A stretch of 64,000 nucleotides of DNA from a virus (Duplodnaviria; Heunggongvirae; Uroviricota; Caudoviricetes): IMG/VR virus record IMGVR_UViG_3300020045_006153, positions 115,550 through 179,549 of that record, one strand, 5' to 3'. Positions 6,301 through 14,270 of this stretch are shown piece after piece. Position numbers and translations under genes: made by a program. Within the stretch, counting starts at the first letter, position 1. The number at the start of each line of letters is the position of its first letter. The notes under the pieces were generated by a model that saw only the letters and a list, made by a program, of their open reading frames with translations, was not told the origin of the DNA and made no database searches.

Positions 6301-6476
6301 TTTTTGAGATAGACGAGGGAGTTATAGCATTGCCTAACAATGCTGAGTCGTAAGTAGCGGTGAATGTAGCAGGTCTAGTGCTACATTGACGGGTTTAACG
6401 TGAAAGAAACAAGATCTCCTCCCATCGAGACAACCCGTTGAGTCCCTTCAATAAGGATAGGCGGCCTCTCAAAAAA
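6301..6476 (+). ncRNA. Multi-helix structured RNA of unknown class
   Basis: TTTTTGAGA/TCTCAAAAA closing stem, hairpins AGCATTG/CAATGCT, AATGTAGCA/TGCTACATT, ACGGGTT/AACCCGT. Confidence 0.5.
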
Positions 6477-6675
6477 CTATTTGGGGTGAATGGTTAGAAG
6501 CGGGTTCGATTCCCGTATAGTCCACCATAAAGTATATCGCCTAGTCGACGAGGGTCAGGTCGTGCTTACTATAAGAAAGTAAGTTTTCCTGGCAGGTATA
6601 CTTCATAATGGGCTAGGTTGGATCCGCCTCCTAGGGGCATTGCAGGGTTCGATTCCCGCGCACTCCACCAAATAT

Positions 6676-6762
6676 GGATTATAGATGTGCTGGGCACTAA
6701 GCGGCTTCGAATACCGTTCCACTTAGAAATAGGTGATAGTTCGATTCTATTATAATCCGCCA
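6676..6762 (+). tRNA. tRNA-Ser(CGA)
   Basis: GGATTAT acceptor, loop TTCGAAT, long variable arm, GCCA. Confidence 0.75.
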
Positions 6763-6777
6763 ATAAATAAAGAATAT

Positions 6778-6867
6778 GGAGTGTAGAGTTCATGGTGAGC
6801 AAGCAGCCTTGAAAACTGTTCCACTGGTTAGTAGCCGGTGATGGTTCGATTCCATTACACTCCGCCA
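6778..6867 (+). tRNA. tRNA-Ser(TGA)
   Basis: Loop CTTGAAA, long variable arm, GCCA. Confidence 0.85.
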
Positions 6868-6873
6868 AAATAT

Positions 6874-6960
6874 GGAAGATAGAAGTGCTGGGCACTAAGC
6901 AACTTGGAAAGTTGTTCCACTGTGAAAACGGTGACAGTTCGATTCTGTTATCTTCCTCCA
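6874..6960 (+). tRNA. tRNA-Ser(GGA)
   Basis: GCAAC-TTGGAAA-GTTGT, long variable arm. Confidence 0.85.
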
Positions 6961-6966
6961 AATTAT

Positions 6967-7044
6967 AGTGCGGTGCCCGAGTGGTCCAAGGGAACTGATT
7001 GCAAACCAGTAAAACCGTGAGTTCAAATCTCACCCGCACTTCCA
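6967..7044 (+). tRNA. tRNA-Cys(GCA)
   Basis: Loop TTGCAAA, U73, CCA. Confidence 0.9.
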
Positions 7045-7049
7045 AATAT

Positions 7050-7125
7050 ACGTCGTTCTTCTAACTGGCAAGATAACGGACTCCAAATTCGTTTAATATA
7101 GGTTCGAATCCTATGCGGCGTGCCA
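7050..7125 (+). tRNA. tRNA-Trp(CCA)
   Basis: Loop CTCCAAA, GCCA. Confidence 0.88.
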
Positions 7126-7135
7126 ACATAAATAC

Positions 7136-7720
7136 GTGATGAGAATAACTGAACTTTTTGAATCACGTAGTGCTGATTTGTATCACGGTACAAATCTGTT
7201 AAAATTAAATAACATATTGCAAAGAAATATGTTTAAAGCAAGTGCATCTGTCCGCAGCGATATTGTACCGCATACGTTTAAAGGACATAGTAGAACTGTT
7301 TCTTTTTCTAGAGATCCGAATATGTCAGTTAACTTTGCTCGTTCTAAAGCAGGCGGGGAAGAAGGCATTAACGGTATACCAGTTGTCATTGTTGTGGATC
7401 AAAATAAATTATATCAAACTGTAGGTAGAAGAATGCAGGCATATAATGATCTTGCATTAACACATAATGGAACAGAAAGATCAAATGGCGGTAGTGAGTC
7501 TGAGGAAGTTGTTTTTGGAGACATAAATGATGCTAATGCTTTTATTAAAAAGATTATCATTCATATGCCCAAAAATGCAGGTAAAGACTTAACAAGTGCA
7601 TTGGCTAAATGCACTAATATCTTAGGTGATCCGCGTACTGTGATAGTAGATTTTCTAAATAAACCACTATCGGGTAAAGAATTCATCAATATAGCAAATA
7701 ATAATGTATCTCTAGTGTAA
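7136..7720 (+). CDS. ADP-ribosyltransferase-fold protein, putative virion-packaged
   Basis: LYHGT, VSFSRD, ESEEVV motifs; N-term MRITELFES; CATAAATA upstream. Confidence 0.6.
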   Translation: MMRITELFESRSADLYHGTNLLKLNNILQRNMFKASASVRSDIVPHTFKGHSRTVSFSRDPNMSVNFARSKAGGEEGINGIPVVIVVDQNKLYQTVGRRMQAYNDLALTHNGTERSNGGSESEEVVFGDINDANAFIKKIIIHMPKNAGKDLTSALAKCTNILGDPRTVIVDFLNKPLSGKEFINIANNNVSLV

Positions 7721-7779
7721 TGGCAGCATTCCGGTCTCCAAAACCGTCAGTCAAGGTTCGAGTCCTTGGAGGTACGCCA
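7706..7779 (+). tRNA. tRNA-Trp(CCA), overlapping upstream ORF end
   Basis: Loop CTCCAAA, T-loop TTCGAGT, GCCA. Confidence 0.9.
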
Positions 7780-7790
7780 TAAATATTGTT

Positions 7791-8327
7791 ATGAAATCTT
7801 TAAGACATTATATTAATTTAGTAGAGCAATCAGAGGATGACTACGTATATCACGGTGGATCATATGCAGGCGGAGAATATAATCCTAGCAAGGTGGGTGA
7901 ACCAGGTAATATTCGCCCACTAGGTGTAGGTATATATGCAGCCAAAACTCCTGAACATGCACAACTATATGTGAAATATGCAGGATCTAATGGTGCTGTT
8001 AAAAAATTTAAAGTTTCAAAAACTGCTAAATTATATCCATGGGGCGCTGATGCATGGAGTAAATTAACTCCTGCCGAAGCGGCACAATGGAGAGCAAAGT
8101 CTGCAGAAATTCAAACTGCATTTGAAAAAGCAAATTTAGTTAAATTTAATACTTTTAGAAAACAGTATAATCATTGGCAAGATGCAGTATCAGGATTTGG
8201 TGCATTTGATAAAGAACAAATGAGAAAGATTTTAGTATCAGTTGGAGTCGATGGCGCTAAACAAATTCTTAGCGACGACATGACTGAATTAGTGTTTTAT
8301 AACACTTCAGTGTTAACTCCGGTATAA
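7791..8327 (+). CDS. ADP-ribosyltransferase-fold protein (ART-PolyVal-like)
   Basis: VYHG, LGVGIYAA..A..Y, GVDG, ELVFY motifs; N-term MKSLRHYINLVE. Confidence 0.6.
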   Translation: MKSLRHYINLVEQSEDDYVYHGGSYAGGEYNPSKVGEPGNIRPLGVGIYAAKTPEHAQLYVKYAGSNGAVKKFKVSKTAKLYPWGADAWSKLTPAEAAQWRAKSAEIQTAFEKANLVKFNTFRKQYNHWQDAVSGFGAFDKEQMRKILVSVGVDGAKQILSDDMTELVFYNTSVLTPV

Positions 8328-8328
8328 T

Positions 8329-9057
8329 ATGAAAATCACAGAACTCATAACAGAACGCAGACAACAAAATATATCAGTTGTGTATCACGGTACATCTTCT
8401 AATTTTGTTAGATCTATTTTAAAAACAGGATTAAGTCCAGTGCCTCCAAAACGGTCGTGGGGTGATAGTGATAAGATGGGTGCTGATAAAGAAAGCCTTC
8501 CTGGAATATACTTAACTCCACGATTAGATTATGCTCAAACCGCAGCCAAACAGTCAGTGGAACTTAATGGCGGAACTCCGACTCTTATTACTGTACAATA
8601 CGTATCAGGAAGCGGAGGATTAGATGAAGATAATATCACTGGTATTGTGTGTTACGCTGTTTCAGAAGATTACGATGCATTTATAAAAGATTTTGATCAT
8701 CAATTTTTAGATATAATTAGTCGAGTTAAGGATCGATTAAAGAATACAGCATTGAATAATCGAAGTATTGAAATACTAAAACAATTAGTAAAAGTTGCGG
8801 TTAATATTACTTCAAAAAATTACGAAGAAGTTCAAGGAACTGAATTTCGATCAATATTATCTAATCCGCAGTTTAGACAATTACTGATAAAATTTACAGA
8901 ATCTGTTAAAGTTCACTCATCGGAAAATCCAGATTGGACTTCGGAACACATAAAAGTAACACGCATAATTGGTTTCAGCGGTAAGACGAAAATAGTTAAA
9001 ATCGAAGATTTAAAAACAAAAGCAGTGTACTATGAAAAGCATGAAGTCAGCCGCTAA
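8329..9057 (+). CDS. ART-fold protein, Tpt1/KptA-like first strand
   Basis: VYHGTSSNFVRSILKTGLSP, GIYLT..DYA; N-term MKITELITE. Confidence 0.6.
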   Translation: MKITELITERRQQNISVVYHGTSSNFVRSILKTGLSPVPPKRSWGDSDKMGADKESLPGIYLTPRLDYAQTAAKQSVELNGGTPTLITVQYVSGSGGLDEDNITGIVCYAVSEDYDAFIKDFDHQFLDIISRVKDRLKNTALNNRSIEILKQLVKVAVNITSKNYEEVQGTEFRSILSNPQFRQLLIKFTESVKVHSSENPDWTSEHIKVTRIIGFSGKTKIVKIEDLKTKAVYYEKHEVSR

Positions 9058-9226
9058 TTTTAAATTACGTGGAAAATTAAGAATGATGTGTCAATGTGGT
9101 TGTTGTGAAGTTTATAACCCTACATGGACAGAACGGTTAAAAGAAGCAAAGAAAGAAGTTGACAACTACTGTAACACGTTGTATAATAAACAAGAAGGAA
9201 AAGGCAATGAAGGCGAATTATCGTAA
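9032..9226 (+). CDS. Hypothetical protein (CxCGCC)
   Basis: ORF track, overlaps previous stop. Confidence 0.5.
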   Translation: MKSMKSAANFKLRGKLRMMCQCGCCEVYNPTWTERLKEAKKEVDNYCNTLYNKQEGKGNEGELS

Positions 9227-9350
9227 GTTAAATGATCATTCACACAGTTCGAGCACTTACCACAAGAAAGATGGCACACCAGTTCGTGCTATTTTAAAAG
9301 AAGAACTTAAGAAAGAAGTAAAGGCATTATATGAAGCGAAAATCCGCTAA
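9207..9350 (+). CDS. Small basic hypothetical protein
   Basis: In-frame ATG after sigma70 promoter at 9160-9190. Confidence 0.5.
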   Translation: MKANYRKLNDHSHSSSTYHKKDGTPVRAILKEELKKEVKALYEAKIR

Positions 9351-9422
9351 ACTATAGTGTCACACTAAACCCCATGTATGGTTTAAGGTGGCACGTAAAA
9401 GACAATTATCAATACGTAACAC

Positions 9423-9496
9423 CCACTGCAAACATTAAGGTGATGTACTAGGCTCTTACCCTAGGAAACACGGTTCAATACCGTGGCAGTGGACCA
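9423..9496 (+). tRNA. tRNA-Lys(CTT)
   Basis: CTAGG-CTCTTAC-CCTAG, ACCA. Confidence 0.88.
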
Positions 9497-9501
9497 TATA
9501 T

Positions 9502-9575
9502 GGGGTTCAAATTTTAAAGTGAAATATCTGGCTTTTAACCAGAAGAACACGGGGCAGTACCGTGGAGCCCTACCA
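9502..9575 (+). tRNA. tRNA-Lys(TTT)
   Basis: TCTGG-CTTTTAA-CCAGA; T-loop GGCAGTA; ACCA. Confidence 0.82.
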
Positions 9576-9694
9576 TATATAAGCATACTCGACGGCCTAA
9601 CACGGGCGCTTAAACCGTGTATCGAGAGACCAGAGATGTTGCTATCAGGAGTATGCTTATATATGGTATAAATAGTGTACAAGGAGTACAGTAT

Positions 9695-9928
9695 ATGACA
9701 GATATCAATAGTGCAATTACAGCCGCAGCAACTGATGCAATCTTAAGTGATGCAGTAGGTAAGAAGTGGTATGCATCTAAGACTTTTTGGGTTAATGTAA
9801 TTTCAGCAGCAACATTGCTTGCGCAAATACGTTATGGATTTATTATTGATCCAGCAACTCAAGCATTAATATTAACTGGAGTTAATATTGTATTGCGTAA
9901 AATTACAAAAGAATCAGTTACATTTTAA
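9695..9928 (+). CDS. Small membrane protein (holin-like), late promoter
   Basis: TATAAATA at 9667, AGGAG SD, KKWYASKTFWVN then hydrophobic helices. Confidence 0.55.
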   Translation: MTDINSAITAAATDAILSDAVGKKWYASKTFWVNVISAATLLAQIRYGFIIDPATQALILTGVNIVLRKITKESVTF

Positions 9929-10029
9929 TATGTAAAAATAATGCGCCGGGTTTGTTTATCCCGAGGAGTACACGGCTAGTGGAAGTGATTTAATTCATGG
10001 ACATCGAGGGAGCCTAACATAAACAATAT

Positions 10030-10104
10030 GCGGGTATGGTGCTAGTGGTAACACATAACTTTGCCAAAGTTAAATTACGAGTTCGATTCTCGTTACCCGC
10101 TCCA
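10030..10104 (+). tRNA. tRNA-Gly(GCC)
   Basis: Loop TTGCCAA, TCCA. Confidence 0.9.
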
Positions 10105-10108
10105 ATAT

Positions 10109-10183
10109 CGGTCTTTAGTGAAATGGATATCACCATTGTCTTCGAAACAGTAAGTAGAGGTTCGATTCCTCTAAGACCGGCCA
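10109..10183 (+). tRNA. tRNA-Arg(TCG)
   Basis: Loop CTTCGAA, GCCA. Confidence 0.9.
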
Positions 10184-10186
10184 AAT

Positions 10187-10384
10187 TTAAAACCGACGAT
10201 CGTTATTCACTAAGTCAATATATTCGCTTAGATGGTCTTCGTCGAAAAAATATCGTATTTGCTTTGTCTTATACGGTGTGAATACTTTAGTCATGAATAG
10301 ATCATCAATAATTGCAAGGTGTATTATATAACCGTAGTAATTTGTAATAGGTCCAAATGTTTGATAATGAAAATCTGTATTCAT
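10187..10384 (-). CDS. Hypothetical protein
   Basis: ORF fills gap between tRNA and GT gene. Confidence 0.5.
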   Translation of the reverse strand: MNTDFHYQTFGPITNYYGYIIHLAIIDDLFMTKVFTPYKTKQIRYFFDEDHLSEYIDLVNNDRRF

Positions 10385-10415
10385 GAAATATTTATTATTT
10401 TATAGTAAATATTTC

Positions 10416-11114
10416 ATGAATAAATTTACGTTAGTATTACCAACTATGTGGAGATATGCTCCATTTATGGACTTTCTTCCAGACCTATTAAATCACGAAT
10501 TAGTGGATGAGATTATTGTATTTGACAATGATCCAACAAAAACTCCATCTAGTGGAATACTTAATCATCCAAAGGTTAATTATCAATGCGTAGGAGAGAA
10601 CATTTATGTTAATCCAGCATGGAACAAAGGTGTAGAGTTAAGTAGAAATAAACTTATCGGGTTTATCAGTGACGATGTAATTTTTGATATGCGTTTGTTG
10701 CCTAGGGTTGCAAATTTGTTATCAACTAGATGCGGAGTAATAGGAAATTGTCCAGGACTTGAGCAGTTTAATCAGCCTCCATTTAAAGATGGAGCAATTA
10801 ATCTTGTTCCATGGGGAGGACAACATACATTCGGCTTTGGTTGCTTGATGTTTGTGCATAAAGATACATACATTCCAATACCCGAAGGACTAAAATTGTT
10901 CTACGGTGATGAATGGATTTTTGATACGTATTTGTATAGAGGGTATCTTAATTATTTGATAACGAATATTTTGTTACATACTCCACATGCGGCAACAACA
11001 ACTGACCCAAGTGCAAACTTAGATATTACTAAGTTTATGAGAGAAGAAAAAATTATATATGAACCTGCTTTTGCAGAGTTCAAAGAAAAAGTTAACGCGC
11101 AAGTAGTGCAATAG
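10416..11114 (+). CDS. GT2/GT-A fold glycosyltransferase
   Basis: LVLPT, DEIIVFDND, NPAWNKG, ISDDV motifs. Confidence 0.75.
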   Translation: MNKFTLVLPTMWRYAPFMDFLPDLLNHELVDEIIVFDNDPTKTPSSGILNHPKVNYQCVGENIYVNPAWNKGVELSRNKLIGFISDDVIFDMRLLPRVANLLSTRCGVIGNCPGLEQFNQPPFKDGAINLVPWGGQHTFGFGCLMFVHKDTYIPIPEGLKLFYGDEWIFDTYLYRGYLNYLITNILLHTPHAATTTDPSANLDITKFMREEKIIYEPAFAEFKEKVNAQVVQ

Positions 11115-11174
11115 GTAGGAGACAACAGACTTAAAATCTGTACAGTACGGGTTCGAATCCCGTCTTGCGCACCA
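11097..11174 (+). tRNA. tRNA-Leu(TAA), short variable arm, overlapping ORF end
   Basis: ACAGA-CTTAAAA-TCTGT, ACCA. Confidence 0.88.
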
Positions 11175-11179
11175 ATTAA

Positions 11180-11252
11180 CCCGAGTGTCGTCTAGATCCG
11201 AAAAGAAGCCAGGCACATAGTGCTTGATCGCAACTGAGTAGACTCGGGACCA
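11180..11252 (+). ncRNA. CCA-ended non-cloverleaf RNA
   Basis: CCCGAGT/ACTCGGG-A-CCA; internal CAGGCAC/GTGCTTG hairpin; no T-loop. Confidence 0.5.
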
Positions 11253-11257
11253 TTATC

Positions 11258-11331
11258 GCCCTTTTCGTATAGTGTGAATACGTCTGTTTCGTAATCAGAA
11301 TACAGGAGTTAGATTCTTCTAAAGGGCACCA
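11258..11331 (+). tRNA. tRNA-Thr(CGT)
   Basis: Loop TTCGTAA, ACCA. Confidence 0.85.
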
Positions 11332-11336
11332 AAAAT

Positions 11337-11456
11337 GCAGACCTAGCTTAATGGTAGAGCACGTAGAAAGCGATCCTGATAAGGATACAATACAGCACTA
11401 CAAATCATTCCACTCACTAGGACGGGATCGTGGTTCGAATCCACGGGTCTGCACCA
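11337..11456 (+). ncRNA. tRNA body with permuted CAGCA motif inserted in anticodon arm
   Basis: GCAGACC/GGTCTGC-ACCA, D- and T-arms intact; ATCCTG-ATA-AGGATAC-AATA-CAGCAC insert. Confidence 0.75.
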
Positions 11457-11461
11457 AACAC

Positions 11462-11535
11462 GGTTCGTTAGTTCAATGGTAGAACACTGATTTGACTTGT
11501 CAGATACAAAGGTCCGATTCCTTTACGATCCACCA
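11462..11535 (+). tRNA. tRNA-Val(GAC)
   Basis: CTGAT-TTGACTT-GTCAG, ACCA. Confidence 0.82.
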
Positions 11536-11596
11536 TAATCATACTGTAATCATGGTAATTACTTAGAATAACTAAATATTGATATTGGGAGCATCA

Positions 11597-12646
11597 ATGT
11601 CAAAAGTACTTTTTATTTTAAAACGCCGCGAAGATTACAACGCAACACTTCATTCTGCAATTGGCATGAGCACAGGACTTTATAATTCTGCAAGTTTCAT
11701 GAATGCTATGTTAAACGAAAATGGTGTTGACTCTACTTTAGTAGTAGTAACTGATAATAACGATATTGATCGAGAAGTACGTAAGCATAACCCAACTCAT
11801 GTAATTATTGAAGCATTGTGGGTAGTACCAACAAAGTTTACTGTATTGAAAAAGTTACATCCTAATGTAACATGGGTTATTCGTGTACATTCTGAAATGC
11901 CATTTATGGCCGGCGAGGGCATGGCAATGGATTGGTTAGGAGATTACAGTGCTACAAAAAATGTAGTTATTGCAATGAACGCGCCTCGCATGTTACGTGA
12001 GGTACGTATGTTTTTACAACATAAGAATCAATGGAGTGACGAGGTTGCAAATAAAAAAGTAATTTACTTACCTAATTATTATCCTCATGGACATGTAACA
12101 AAGAAAATAGATAAGACTAAAGATACAATTGATATTGGATGTTTTGGAGCAGTTCGTCCATTAAAAAATCATCTTGTGCAAGCATTTGCTGCAATTGATT
12201 TTGCAAATCAAATTGGAAAAAAATTAAGATTCCACGTAAATGCTGGCCGAATTGAAATGCAAGGTGGGCCTGTATTAAATAACTTAAGATCATTGTTTGA
12301 ACATATATATGATCATGGTCATGAGATGATTAATCACGAATGGGCTCCTAGAGAGCAGTTTCTTGATGTTTGTGCTCAAATGGACATAGGATTGCAAGTA
12401 AGTTTCTCTGAAACATTTAATATTGTCGGTGCTGACTTACTTAGTCAAGGTGTTCCGTTGGTAGGAAGCACAGAAATTCCATTTTGTGCATGGCCATTCT
12501 GTGCTAACCCTACTGAGAGTGAGGATATTGTGCGTAAACTAAAGTTAGCATACTACTTTCCAGAAATAAATGTTGCAGTAAACAATTGGTTACTAACGCG
12601 ATACACTAATAAAACTGCATGTATTTGGACTAAATACTTCAAATAA
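11597..12646 (+). CDS. GT4-like (GT-B) glycosyltransferase
   Basis: IGCFGAVRPLKN, QVSFSETFNIVGAD..SQGVPLV motifs. Confidence 0.75.
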   Translation: MSKVLFILKRREDYNATLHSAIGMSTGLYNSASFMNAMLNENGVDSTLVVVTDNNDIDREVRKHNPTHVIIEALWVVPTKFTVLKKLHPNVTWVIRVHSEMPFMAGEGMAMDWLGDYSATKNVVIAMNAPRMLREVRMFLQHKNQWSDEVANKKVIYLPNYYPHGHVTKKIDKTKDTIDIGCFGAVRPLKNHLVQAFAAIDFANQIGKKLRFHVNAGRIEMQGGPVLNNLRSLFEHIYDHGHEMINHEWAPREQFLDVCAQMDIGLQVSFSETFNIVGADLLSQGVPLVGSTEIPFCAWPFCANPTESEDIVRKLKLAYYFPEINVAVNNWLLTRYTNKTACIWTKYFK

Positions 12647-12656
12647 GGACAATATT

Positions 12657-12860
12657 ATGCAACGTAAAAAAAATCAACGCCACAAAGTACATTTATTTAA
12701 ATGGAGCGGGAGCACCTTGAAGAAGATCGAGCACTGGTTCGAACATTTTGTAGATGCATTATTTTTTGCCAATTGTAGCGGCAGCACTGCGGTGAAGATT
12801 TATCATGATGACGATTTAGTACATAGTGGTAAACCTTGCGCGCCAGACGGATATGCTTAA
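12657..12860 (+). CDS. Hypothetical protein
   Basis: ORF with SD. Confidence 0.55.
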   Translation: MQRKKNQRHKVHLFKWSGSTLKKIEHWFEHFVDALFFANCSGSTAVKIYHDDDLVHSGKPCAPDGYA

Positions 12861-12886
12861 ATTAAATTGGTAAAACAATAAAATTA

Positions 12887-12976
12887 AAACCCTGTTTACT
12901 ATTGACAGGGTTTCTTATTTGTGCTACAATATATACATACAGCAAGCAATTACTGTATACACGCTCTTTAAAAATT
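12887..12976 (+). promoter_or_regulatory. Terminator hairpin overlapping sigma70 promoter, followed by boxA
   Basis: AAACCCTGT/ACAGGGTTT; TTGACA(12902)-17-TACAAT; CGCTCTTTAAAAATT at 12962. Confidence 0.75.
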
Positions 12977-12989
12977 AGTTAAAATATGT

Positions 12990-13064
12990 GCCCAGGAGAC
13001 CGAATGGGGAGGTAGCGCCTTGATAAGGCGTTTGTAGTCAGATCGAAACTGACTCTGGGTACCA
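12990..13064 (+). tRNA. tRNA-Ile(GAT)
   Basis: GCGCC-TTGATAA-GGCGT, ACCA. Confidence 0.85.
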
Positions 13065-13170
13065 TATTAGAGTACATTGTGTTGAGTATATGAATAACTG
13101 AGGAACCGTCGAACGAACCTTTTATATCATGTCGTTAGACTGCGGCCGCAGCAGTGTACTCTAATATGGT
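13061..13170 (+). ncRNA. Long-stem cassette RNA 2
   Basis: 19-bp IR ACCATATTAGAGTACATTG / CAGTGTACTCTAATATGGT. Confidence 0.5.
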
Positions 13171-13202
13171 AAGCAAGAGTAATTAACTTGCACCATTTAC
13201 GG

Positions 13203-13281
13203 GAGTCATGACCCGTAGGACTCGCGTAGTGTAATGGTTAGCACAGCAAAAATCTTTAGGTTCGATTCCTAAGCCTGGCCA
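13203..13281 (+). ncRNA. Scrambled tRNA/CAGCAA-motif hybrid
   Basis: GAGTCATG..AGGACTC, D-arm GTGTAATGGTTAGCAC, CAGCAAAAATC, T-arm, CCA; no anticodon arm. Confidence 0.45.
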
Positions 13282-13344
13282 ATATACAGGACGGTGTGTG
13301 ATGAGTAGCAAATGATGGTTCGAATCCATCCGCAATGAGTCTGC

Positions 13345-13448
13345 ATATTAAAGTAAACTAAGGTTACGCAGGAACCCTGCCACAGTAGATATACTGTGAA
13401 AGTTCAAGTAAATAAGATTCACCTAACGGGTACAGTTTATTTTAATAT
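13345..13448 (+). ncRNA. Long-stem cassette RNA 3
   Basis: 15-bp IR ATATTAAAGTAAACT / AGTTTATTTTAATAT. Confidence 0.5.
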
Positions 13449-13562
13449 GGTATGAGAGCCTTGCAACCGGCCCAAGTGTCTTGTATTGTTGTGGAGATAA
13501 AATACTTGAACGACCTAAGAGGGGCAGTGTCCACTACTCGTAATTTTGCTCATATCATAAAT

Positions 13563-13639
13563 GCGGATGTAACCGAATTGGTATAGGTACTGGTCTAAGA
13601 AGCCAGGTTTTGAGAGTTCGAGTCTCTCCATCCGCACCA
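13563..13639 (+). tRNA. tRNA-Leu(AAG), A34, short variable arm
   Basis: CTGGT-CTAAGAA-GCCAG, ACCA. Confidence 0.85.
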
Positions 13640-13673
13640 TATACCATAATTATTTTTAACACAAGGAAATGAA

Positions 13674-13901
13674 ATGACACTAGCACTTTGCTCGCAAAAA
13701 GCAGCCGAAATGGTTGGAAACAAGTTTGATCTGGTACTTATTGCCAGTGCACGAGCACGTGAATTGAAGCGTGGATACAAGGCATTAGTTCCTAATCCAA
13801 CTGGTCCTATTGTTACTGCGCTTCGTGAAATTGAAGAAGGCTTTGTTGGCCGTGAATATTTGAAGAAGAAGGTTGCACAGTCGCAATCGAATCGCAGATA
13901 A
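13674..13901 (+). CDS. rpoZ: RNA polymerase omega subunit
   Basis: GNKFDLVLIASARAREL..G..LV....IVTALREIEEG matches omega consensus; AGGAAA SD. Confidence 0.9.
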   Translation: MTLALCSQKAAEMVGNKFDLVLIASARARELKRGYKALVPNPTGPIVTALREIEEGFVGREYLKKKVAQSQSNRR

Positions 13902-14003
13902 CAGTTCTTGCAAGAAGTACAGGGGTACGGTGATCCAACGAAGCGGGGATTATAAAAGCCGATAAGTGCCCGGGGTAAAACTCCATACGCTTTCCCAACA
14001 TAT

Positions 14004-14093
14004 GCAAGCGAGACTTGGAGTCCGAGGAGTCTTATAAGCTCTTTCCGCCAGATTAGCGGCTTTGAGAGAGTTCGATTCTCTCCGCTTGTACCA
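14004..14093 (+). tRNA. tRNA with TAT (Ile) anticodon and long variable arm
   Basis: GGAGT-CTTATAA-GCTCT; CCGC/GCGG extra arm; short D-arm; ACCA. Confidence 0.75.
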
Positions 14094-14177
14094 AAATTTA
14101 ACAACAGCGTTTTATTGGAAATTCGATTCGTTTACGAATCTAACAGAATCCCGGCTACGGGATGTTAAATACTGCAT

Positions 14178-14252
14178 CTGGCGTTCGTATAATGGATAAT
14201 ACAGGGGATTTCTACTCCCTAAATAGGGGTTCGATTCCTCTACGCCGGACCA
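14178..14252 (+). tRNA. tRNA-Arg(TCT)
   Basis: GGGGA-TTTCTAC-TCCCT, ACCA. Confidence 0.9.
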
Positions 14253-14270
14253 CATATGTATAAATATTGA

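Noticed and set aside
6210-6527. Full-length tmRNA (size ~320 nt, Ala ends)
   Set aside because: An internal T-arm and CCA at 6298 interrupts it and no tag frame ending in an Ala-rich peptide was found
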